Source: Haliotis rubra
Lineage: Eukaryota
Reading direction: 5' to 3'
DNA: 64,000 nucleotides
Assembly: GCF_003918875.1 (NCBI RefSeq)
Contig: NW_025765148.1
Location: 434,001-498,000 of the forward strand
The notes below the pieces were generated by a model. The model was not told the DNA's origin. It saw only the letters and a program-made list of their open reading frames with translations, and did not search any database. Positions 38,431-48,822 of this stretch are shown piece after piece; position 1 is the first letter of the stretch, and each line of letters starts with the position of its first letter. A program made the translations under genes and the position numbers.

Positions 38431-39929
38431 CAGCTTCTCGGAGCTTTTGTACACCATTACATGTAGATGTTCAGATTATTGGAGCCCTTGTGCAATGTTA
38501 AACGTAAATGCTCAGCCTCTATGAGAAAGTGTTCAGCCATCCTTGGAGCTAGGTTACAATATTAGGCGTAAATGTTCAACCTATTGGCGCTACTGTGCAG
38601 TATTAAACAGTAATGTTCAGCCTCTAGTAGATGTGTACAGTATAAGATGCCAATATTCAATATCGTGGAGCTCGTTAACAGCATTCTTGAAACACATGTG
38701 CAGTGTTGGGGAGTCCACTAATGGTACCGTGTGCAATTACTAGAAAAGAATATGTTTCGTCTGGGCGCAAAAGGTATCACAGAGGAGAATACTTTTTTAA
38801 ACAGACCACTAAAACCCAGTGACGATACCAAGTGTTGGTAATGGGTAAGCATGTCCCGCCCCAGAGGTAACACCCACCACTCACAGTTTCAATAAAAGAG
38901 TAAGTGTAAGCTACCACTGTCAAGGTAGTAAGCTCGATTTTGACCAAAAGAGCCCGTTTTTATGCATACCATAATCCACTTAGTAAATGAAAGTTATACC
39001 AGTTTATGGCAAAAAGGTTGGGTATCCTGTCCCATATGTGATCCTTATCACAAACAATGCAAGGGCACGTGCACGTCAGTAGCTGACATGAGCAAAGGAA
39101 CACATGCTGCAAGTAAAAATATGGTATTGCATCATACGCCATTTTTGTCAATGAGGATAAATTTGGAAATGTGTTCCACATGTTTACCATAAAACCTTAA
39201 AAGCTTTATTCGGGTCTTCAATGTACTAACCTTGATCAACAAACTTTATTGCAAGAATCTTATGAGGCATTTGTTTTTGTGTGCGTGAAAAAATAGACTG
39301 GAGCTGCTGCAATATGCTCGGCATAAAGGAAACGTTTTTTGAAAGTCGTAACAGATTCACATGAACACGCACATGTACAGGCCTAAAATATAAAACTCTA
39401 ACCTCATGAGCACATGAAGCTTTAAAGCATAGATATGAAGAATGGTTTCGAGCATACTGTATATAGCTATCAGTGGGCGTAAGTGTAGCGCACCTCTTAG
39501 AATAAGTACGAACGAAAGGTACTGAAGTTCACCTGAAGTACATTGCTCATGCTGCTATTCAGATCCAATGTCAGGGTTAAGCAGATAAGCCAAACTTCCT
39601 GAAAAGCCACTCCCAGAGTGCAGTGCGTCATATGTGTAGTTTCACGATGATGTTCGTGCAGCGAATTCGATTTGCGACACTCGTTTCACAAGAGGGACCG
39701 ACTAGTTGGTATTCTGGGAAAGCCTCTTGATGCATTTTGCAAATATTTAAAAAGCAAGGTTTTGACTTGACTGACTGACTGACTGAAACGTTCCGTCCTA
39801 GACCACGACTATTTTATACAATGAACAGGCAATATTATTCCTATTGGACATACATGATACATATGTTTAGGTACTGTGACATAAGGCACTATGTACGGTG
39901 TTGCTTGTTTCTGTGCTGTAATTCTTCTT

Positions 39930-42900
39930 CTAAACGCTGCATACACCTGTAGGAAGGAAACAGAAATGTTCAGATTATAGACTAACAGGCTGTCTGTTAT
40001 CATAGTTCAGTCAACATAGCTATAAAGGTGGACATTAACACACAACAATCCTCTACTACACAGGTTCCGGTTTACAGCAGCCGTTATTCAGCATAGCACA
40101 TTGTGCCCTGGCAGTATAGATACTCTGAAGGGCTGAGAATGTATTTTACGAGGAATCTACAATTTTAGCTGCATATGTATTGAAGTAATTTTCTATTTAA
40201 AGTGACGTGATCCACATGACCAAAGGAGCCATTACATTTACTACTGATGGCAAGCCATACCGGATATTAGTTTTCATTTGTCTAGACTCTCTGTACGTCA
40301 GGTTTGTCATCCGGCGTTTATTCCACGGTAGAACATATATTTCTACCACCTGATCGCCGTACTAACCTATTGGAGTGAGGATCGGTTACAATGTATGAAA
40401 AGTCGTTTATATGATACCACATCCGTTCATTCATCCTCCCTATGAAGGTACGTACCCGCTTCTCCCCCTGGAAGGAAGACGCCGTTGGCCACACAGTACA
40501 GCCCCCTTTGGCACGGGCAGTCGTCGGTCATGTCGTGTGGGGGAAAGTAGGCAACGTCTGTCTTTGTCCAGCAGACTTGGGAGTGAAGTACAATAGTGTC
40601 AATAAAACGGAGGTCACGGGATTGTGTGAATGGATTAGTGATTGTATAGTACAGTATTTCATAGTGTGTCAGCTTGTTGGGTGAGGAAAGGTCGAAGAGA
40701 TGCAGGTCTCAGTTTACCAGTTTCTTTAGAACTCACGGACACGGAGCTCACAAAACTAGAAACAGGCGAACCGGAAGTCGGTTTCTGTCACACCCAAGGG
40801 ACGCAACTCTGCACACCAATTGCGGCCCCCTCAGGAAACCTAAGGCCACCAGAATGGTAAGATGATGCTAGTCTGTGCTACACTGATGACTGTGGCTGGT
40901 TGTAATTTGAAGCGCTTTGAGCATGCGTGTGGGATGGACTATAGCGCTATATAAATACTCATATTATAATTTAATGTTAAGACCGTTATGAGACGCCCCC
41001 TATAATCAGCCTACAACAGGTGTTGGCACCCACGTCACTATCAGGAAATTAGCTCCATTCCTCGATCTTACGCAAACTAGGTCCAATGTTTTCACATTGC
41101 TAAATTTTAATACCATTTGTTATTTCTTGAGAAAATAGCCGGCTTACTTAAGCCTGACGCTCTGGGGGCTCGGTAACACGTCGGCAACCATTAAAGAACC
41201 ATTACACGTCAACTACAGTAACACTTTCACCCTTATACACACCCAGGCACCTACTCTCCGCAACCAACATTGTTCAACTTTGCCTGATCTGTGACCTGTG
41301 TGCAGTACTCGGACAACTTGCCACCACCTGGACTTGTAGGACTCGCCCATCCGTCACCCCGTGGTAAATACTGGCTTACAACTCAGACGTATTAGATAAT
41401 AAATTGCATTAAAACTGGCATCAGGTCAGCATACTAAGTGGCTGAATGTGGCTGATTTGTTCATCTTCAAAATGAACGTTAACGGGCAGTTCTAAATGGA
41501 ATATAAAATTACATCCTTGTGTCTTGTGTTTTGGCTATTTTGTTTGTCATCTTCGTTAAAATAAGTATCATTTAATATGATCAATCCTAAATCTTATTTT
41601 TTCCCCCTTTAACTGGTCAAGCATAAACGGAATGTAAAGTGACCAGCAGGAGCAAACCGAAACATGAGTCTCATTAACCTATTCAGGCAATGACCTACCT
41701 TCCAGCCGAAAGTGAAAATAGACATCGCAAACAACTATGGTTACACTGAATTCCAATTTCCTGTTCCATAAGAAAATAGTATTTACAACTGAATTTTTAT
41801 TTTAAATTTTATTAACATCGTATTTCTATATTTTATGGCGAGGTGTAGGCAGCATGACCTTAACTAAGACGTCACAGACTGCCCCAGTTTGATGAGGTCG
41901 TAAAATGATTCACAATGCATCTGGCTCACTGATTACACCTGTTATGTGCTTTTTGAGCTTATTCAGTGTAGTTGTGTAACAGAGTTTTTATCAAATTTGA
42001 GAAAACGCATGACAGAATAAACTGAAATCAATACTAAACTCAAAAACCTTAAGTTGTTTCTTTTTATTTAAAAATGCAGTTGAGCAGCTGTTTCAAATTG
42101 TCAAACTCAGTTTGAAATTTGAGATTTTGTTTCGAGAAATCAGGGCCGACTTTTTCCAGAGCCTCGTTTTGGATTTCCACGATTTCCAGGTTTCCGTTTG
42201 TCAGTGCTCGCTGTACGACAGAGCACGCCACATGTTTGCAAGGATTATAAGGAGCGTAGCGTTGCAATATACAAGTGCTTAGATGTATCAAATAATACCA
42301 ATTAATATTTATGTATCCAGTTAAAAGAGTTGCTCTCAAAGATTCTGGACTGGTTCTTGTACTAAGTTGCGCAATAGGACGGAACCCAGTCAACAGGAAA
42401 CGAGACTGTTGTGTAATCAATGTTTTGACTTGAGCACTTCCGGTCACTTTAACTGATATGGAGTGAGTGAGTGAGTTTAGGCTTACGCCGCTTTTAGCAA
42501 TATTCCAGCAATATCACAACGAGGGGACACCAGAAATGGGAATCTGTGAATCGAACCCGGGTTTTCAGTGTGACGAGTGAACGCTATATTCACTAAGCTA
42601 CCCCACGCCCCTAACTGATATAGGGAGGGAGGATGTAGTTTAGTCAAACTCACGCTGTCCTTGCGCCTTCATGCTCTGACAAGTACCCCTTACTGCACTC
42701 CTACTGCCGTCAACGAGGTCGTTGTTGACGTCATCGACACCACGTCCACCTATCACAACACCAGAGCTGAGCTGCTGTTGGCGGAACTGGTTGTCAACGG
42801 AATTCCCCATGGGCTTCACACAACAATATAGGAACGGACAGTCATCAGCGGTCAGACATGCCGCAGCCAGGTTCACAGAGCACTGAAGGTGAAGCAACAG

Positions 42901-45900
42901 TTATTGAGTCTTTGAATGACATGTAGAGGTGATACACGTCCAGGTGGAAATGTATAGATGCCATCTTACGTTATATGAGCAACACGACATTTAAGAGCAT
43001 GTTCTTACTCCTTCATCAGGTGAATGAAAAATAGGACCCGTCGTGTTCTTCATATTACAGACGTTGGCATCCATGAATTGTCACTTTGAACAGACTCGAT
43101 TATTCGAATATAAGACTCGGCACGACACCCCTCAACGCTAGCTTCAATCAATATTACAAGTAATTCACATCTCACAACCTTGCGGTCGTAGTGAACATTA
43201 TATACAAAATAAGAATACCTTCCGCTTGATTTTGTCGTATGATCAAAGCTAGTCTCTATTTCTGATAATTTCACAAAGTAATATGTTTAAAACTTACCGT
43301 TATGGTAACATATGGAGGGACCTTCTATATCCCTGACATAGTCCAAGAGATAAGGTCCATTTATTTACCCCGAGGGGTCCAAAAGGTTTGAACATTGGTT
43401 CCTGTAGGAAAATGTCTGCATTTTCAGAATATGTAAGTCTTACGAGTCAAAACTTGACCAAGTTTTCGCTAGAGGGCGCTGAAGTCATGACTCAGCATTT
43501 TTTTCACCCACTACTGGAAACGTATGAAATACAAAGAAAGGGTGATATATTATATATCATATGAGAGCCAACACATTTGGCTTTAATAAAATCATAACAT
43601 TAAGTACATCTTTGAACTCACTACTGTGTCAGTTCACAGAAAAGACAAAAATTACATAAAAAATGGTAAAACGCACATCTTTCGTTTTTCACTATATATA
43701 CAAATAAACCCTTGAAGAGTATTTGTGTTCTCATTTTGGATTGACAAATATATAGTCAATCATTTGAAACAACAATTATAACTTTCTATCAATTTTTAAT
43801 GGATCTACACCATGTTTTGTGAGGTAGGCATCAAATTTGAATTTCGGAAAAAGGGAGATAACTCTTGTTTCTCCCATTCTGAGATCCCACTGTTTTTTGT
43901 CCTCAACACATAGCTACGGCAACAGTTTGAGTCAACTGTACTTCTACTACTTCTACCACTTAAAGTAATAGTTGACAAACAACATTTAACACTAATAAAA
44001 ACATGTACATCGTAGGCAACCCATAATGTTGGATCAGATGTTCCAGTTAAGTAAACATTTGTTGTTTTTTGTCTTTCCAGTAAACAAAAGATTTAATACT
44101 TTCTAAATTGTTTCCTTGAAGAAATCCTTTAGTTAGTTTAGGTTCAACACATCCTGATCATAAAGAGTGAAATACCTGTAAATATTTGTCTGGTACATAT
44201 CATATTGGCGGCCATTTTTACTATTGAAACATGTGACAGGCTGATGTTGTGCTGTGATTTTGAAGCTTCTCATAGATGTTTCTGTGGTTATTATGTAAGT
44301 ATTCCTTTCCTATTTACATTACTAGATGTTCTGGAATGAAATAATGTATAAATGACAGGTAAAAAATGTAAATAAACGGATATGCTCCTGAATCAAACCT
44401 ACAATTCAAACACTGACCTTGCAAAACTTTTGGCAGCAGATACTATTTTCCTAACGAGTAATCTTATTTCTGTATTTTCTATATGTGTCTGCTGGTCAAA
44501 TGCTTTGGATTTTAATGTTGGTCTTATTCTTTCAAGTTGGTGATAAATTCTTTGCATAAATGATTTATGCTTTTTTACAACAGATCCAGTGAATGATAAT
44601 GACCTCAAAATAATATGATGGAATCCTGGATGGATTGCAGTTGGCTCTGTACAGCTGAAGGGAGGCCCGACATATGGACCACATAAGGTTTGTAAATGCC
44701 ATGTAAATCTGTCAGAAAATTAATAATCTGGATGTACCTAATGTTATGAATTTATTAAAGCCAAATGTGTTGGATCTCATATGATTTTGCAATATGTCAC
44801 CCTTTCTTTGTATTTCATACGCCAAACATCAACGTGTCCAGTAGTGGGGTAGTGGGTGAAAAAAAAGCTGAGTCATGACTTCAGCGCCCTCTAGCGAAAA
44901 ATCGGTCAAGTTTTGACTCGTAAGACTTACATATTCTGAAAATGCAGACATTTTCCCATACGTACAAATGTTCAAACCTTTTGGACCTCTGAGGTAATTA
45001 AATCAGGCCTTATCTCTTGGACTAACATATGTAGGCACTGAGCCTGTCGGACTGGACCCGAGTGAGGAAAGTGTCAGAATATGTGTATTGTTTTTTAAGG
45101 GGGGACCATATACCGTAGGCAGTCAATCAATACATTTGTTATTAAATTGGTGTGTTCACATTAGCCATCCTATAAGTCCTTGACCAGTCAGCTTGGTCCT
45201 TGACAGTGTAGCCTTTAGCAGATTTGACTAACCGAGGACCTGAACCGGCCCAATATGAAACCTTCCCTAATGTAAGATAAGAGAATTACTCGTCCTACAT
45301 TTACAGAATTTGACATTTAATCCAGCCAACGGCGTACAAACAAGGTCAACGTTTGTCTGAAGACTTTCGTCGTCGCAGACACTAGTGATTTCGTTCGTTG
45401 ACAGTGCTTCCTTGTTGTTAAGTTCAGCAATCATCCATTACACGACGGCGAGGCTGAACCAGGCAATAAATGGAGGGATCATGAGGCCCGATATACACAA
45501 GTAGGATACGATGACGTGCAACAAACAAGATAACGAGCCTGACCATCGATCCTTTTATAAAGGAGGCCGCCCTTCTGGTGGAAACATACATGCATCTCGC
45601 TATAATCTCACTACTTTCAAAATGTATAGGCGGATGAGATATAAAGCCACGTTAAGTCGGTGCGCCTAGTGGCTGAAAGAGTTGTATGAGATCCCCATGG
45701 AGCTGAGGAGCTGAGATTGATAATACGATGTGCCGTTTGAGTTTGACATCCAATGGTCGAGGGAAAAATTTAAGCGCCTTTGTGGAGCTGATCTGTATAT
45801 TGGCGCTATACAAATGTTAGTATAATAAGTAGTAATAGATATACAATCACAATGTCTCTGTATGCTACTTACTACAAGCCCCACGAGTGCTACACGCGAC

Positions 45901-45911
45901 ACTGTCTTCAT
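39930..45911 (-). CDS. Gene C: secreted 10-Cys prokineticin/colipase-fold-like peptide with long C4-C5 loop (134 aa)
   Basis: Exons 45911-45873, 42882-42654, 40575-40456, 39946-39930; phases 0,1,1. Protein: MKTVSRVALVGLV-CSVNLAAACLTADDCPFLYCCVKPMGNSVDNQFRQQQLSSGVVIGGRGVDDVNNDLVDGSRSAVRGTCQSMKAQGQ-LCWTKTDVAYFPPHDMTDDCPCQRGLYCVANGVFLPGGEA-GVCSV*. Same exon structure and ACCAGC-ATGAAG start context as gene B. Exon 3 uses an AAG acceptor. Confidence 0.82.
40895..40970 (+). mobile_element. L2/CR1-type retroposon 3' tail
   Basis: tgtaatttgaagcgctttgagcatg...gcgctatataaatactcatattataa. Confidence 0.45.
41638..42448. mobile_element. Kolobok-like non-autonomous element (gene C intron 2)
   Basis: agtgaccagcagg... 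/ ...cttccggtcact ends with GTAA/TTAA flanks. Confidence 0.45.
42461..42611 (-). mobile_element. SINE family A
   Basis: Matches consensus; flanked by direct repeat taactgatat. Confidence 0.85.
43339..45024. mobile_element. Long-TIR non-autonomous DNA transposon, Academ-like (gene C intron 1)
   Basis: ~260-bp TIRs (43339-~43600 vs ~44740-45024), TAG...CTA termini, 3-bp duplication ACA. Confidence 0.75.
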
Positions 45912-45953
45912 GCTGGTTGTAGACCTCGAGTGATCAGTATACCGGCTACAAGT

Positions 45954-45968
45954 AGGTCAGTATGACCT
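45954..45968. promoter_or_regulatory. Perfect palindromic nuclear-receptor element (ERE-type IR3) just upstream of gene C
   Basis: AGGTCA-gta-TGACCT, 43-57 bp 5' of the gene C ATG. E-box CACGTG at 45973-45978. Function is inferred. Confidence 0.5.
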
Positions 45969-47176
45969 TCTCCACGTGGGTTCATATCCAGCTGAAATAT
46001 TTACTGTTGGGTATGTCTCAGACCAGTACAATGTGCCATTTAGGTTTTATCTGTTGTCAATGTCCCAGTGCCGTGGCCGAATTGTGGTAGTACCAGTGTT
46101 CATTTGATAATTCAAACCATTATGTGTGATTTGGGTTATTGTGTTCATTTAACAGGCTGTATGAGAATTAAAAGCGTTATGTGATGACTGAAGATGTTGT
46201 TTAAGGAAACAAAATTTAGAACGACGTTACCGGTCACATTGTCAGTACTTCCGATAGTAGTGACATCTATCTTCAGTGAACCAATGAATGAAGCCCCTCA
46301 TTACTTAAGGAAGGTCAAAAGAACCCGTCTACTCTGTGCATGCAAATACTTCCTCGACCTCTCATTAAAGTGTGTAAATCTCGGAACTTCCAGAACTAAG
46401 CTGGCTCTCGGCTCCCGTTACGCGCGCCAACTTGCGATATGCGAGACGGGATCCAGATTACTTCCGGTGCAAGATTTCCGGTGCCAAGCCAACCAGTTCT
46501 GGTTCGAAATTGCGCGACCGCCAAATACTACTTGACTAGACTAGGATGTTGTGTCACAGCTGTTGACAGTCGTAGTTGGCTAATTTGGGGATGGTTAGGT
46601 CGGAAATGTGTTATTCCAACAAGGATAATCGGTTCTTTACTGTCAGCTGACAACCATGAACCACTCGAATAGGTATGAAACGTTGTTTGTCACCGGAAAT
46701 ACTAAGGTCTCGCGAAGTGCCGTGACCTGCCTACGGGACCCATGTGCAGAGAAGACAGTCATGAGACAATCTGATCGACCAGACCTTAAAAAAAGCCAGG
46801 CAATTATTTTGTTTGTTTGTTTGTTCTTTGACACAGAAACATTCTAGCCATATGGCTGCAGGCAATTAAAATTATTTTCGAAAGACGTGTTTGACATGAC
46901 ACAGAATAATTTCTTTGTTCGAGTACAGCTTGAAAAGTTAAACTTTTTCGCCATCTTCGTAAAAAATATACAAATACTCATTTCTCTATCCACATGGGTA
47001 CAATGTGTGAAGCCCATTTCTGGTGTCCCCCGCTGTGATATTGCTGGAACAACGCTAAAAGCGGCGTAAAACCATACTCACTCACTCATTTCTCAATCTG
47101 GAAAAAGGAATAAGGTCGGGGGTAGATATAAAAACAAGAAGTAATACGTTGTTGTCATACACCAGCGACTTTCTAT

Positions 47177-47655
47177 GAGTGAGTGAGTTTAGTTTTACGC
47201 CACACTCAGCAATATTCCAGCTGTATGGTGGCGGTCTGTAAATAATCGAGTCCAAAAAAAGAAACATACAACTTTATTGATGACAACTTCTTCTTAATTG
47301 CATAAAACGAGGTTTCGATGTAGATTGTTACACCGTCATGAAGCTAAACGGGGTCGACTAAAACCATTAACGGTTGTAAGAATGATAACAGTATAAGAAT
47401 CTACATCGAAACGTTGCTCTAGGCAATAAAGAAGCTGTCATCAATAAAGTTGCATGTTTCCTTTTTGACTCAACAACTTCAAGAATGCCGATCAAATAAA
47501 GAGTCTGGACCAGACAATCCAGTCACCAATAGCATGAGCATCGATCTACGCAACTGGGATACGATGATAAGCCAAGTCAGCGAGCGTGACCACCCGATCA
47601 TGTAAGTCGCCTCTTACGACAAGCATGGGTTACTGAAGATCAGTTCTTCACGGGT
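47177..47655 (-). mobile_element. SINE family B split by an insertion at 47253-47500
   Basis: The two halves join into the consensus at gagtc. Confidence 0.85.
47253..47500. mobile_element. Inverted Penelope-like terminal repeat inserted in a SINE
   Basis: Inverted arms (aaagaaacatacaactttattgatgacaacttc / gaagctgtcatcaataaagttgcatgtttcc), cgaaacgttg...aataaag motif, gagtc repeated at both junctions; related pieces at ~1012-1190 and ~12637-12722. Confidence 0.55.
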
Positions 47656-48105
47656 CGACTTTCTATGAATGTAACATGCAGATTTTGACACAAAGGCATC
47701 ATATTGGTGTAAACGTTCGGATTTTATTGGATTGAACAAGTACAAAAACACGATTTACAAACAATGTATATATAAACAGAATGTTGCGAATATCACAGGA
47801 TCACTTTTTTCATTAATATCAGATCTGTGCTGGCCCATGCGAGGTAAGATTCCTAAAGGAACATGTTGGCCTTCAACATCCAATTCCCCACGACTGCAGG
47901 TCCCACAAGTGTTACGATAAACGCAGGTAGCTGTTTCGCCATCCGCAATTCTAGGTGTCCGTTGTACAGAGGTAAAGATTGACGCACGACAATACGCACG
48001 GTAGTAAACTGGTAAATTACGGCGGAGAACAAGACGGTGACGTTGGTGTACTCGTCACCGCGTCACGTCCCACGAGCACACCTCTGGGTGTCCATGTCTT
48101 CAGTG

Positions 48106-48246
48106 AATGAGTGAGTGAGTATGGTTTTACGCTGCTTTTAGCAATATTCCAGCAATATCACGACGGGGGACACCAGAAATGGGCTTCACACATTGTACCC
48201 ATGTGGGGAATCGAACCCGGGGCTTTGGCGTGAGGAGCGAACGTTT
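48106..48246 (-). mobile_element. SINE family A (5'-truncated)
   Basis: Matches consensus. Confidence 0.85.
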
Positions 48247-48305
48247 ATGTGTTCGCTAAGCAGTAGACAGTAGAGTCGGGTACCAAAGTAGACCTTGGAT
48301 GACTG

Positions 48306-48412
48306 GGCCTAGATCTTCGAAGCTCTCTTAGCGCTAAGATAGTCGTAAGTCCCATACGTTAACATTAACTTACGACTATCTTAGCGCTAAGAGAGCTTCG
48401 AAAATCTAGGCC
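48306..48412. mobile_element. 107-bp near-perfect hairpin MITE
   Basis: ggcctagatcttcgaagctctcttagcgctaagatagtcgtaagt...acttacgactatcttagcgctaagagagcttcgaaaatctaggcc with CTG target duplication. Confidence 0.85.
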
Positions 48413-48822
48413 CTGGTCTACAAAAGGTTGTCGGGTGTAAAGTGACGCAGATATCTATATATAGTGTATGGGGGAAGTAAAATATGTTTAAAAAATATAT
48501 ATTTTCTGTAGACATAATTGATGTGCCACCCCACCACCCAATCCGCGAGTCGGTAATAGATAACACATGTCTGTCTGCTACTGGATGAAATGAACCAATG
48601 GGAATCGCACTGAGATAACTGTGTTACCTATCACCAATTTCTGAAGAAGGGAGTGAGTTATTAAGAACCACTCTATGTCTTCAACTAAATGTCTTCGACA
48701 TCTGAGGATTGTAGAGTTTTGATATCACTATGACGATTCATTCTCTTGACGACAGCTTTTGTACATGGAATTGCTTGAGGTATATCCATATTTGGCACAA
48801 ATGTAAATAGCATCAAGATAGA

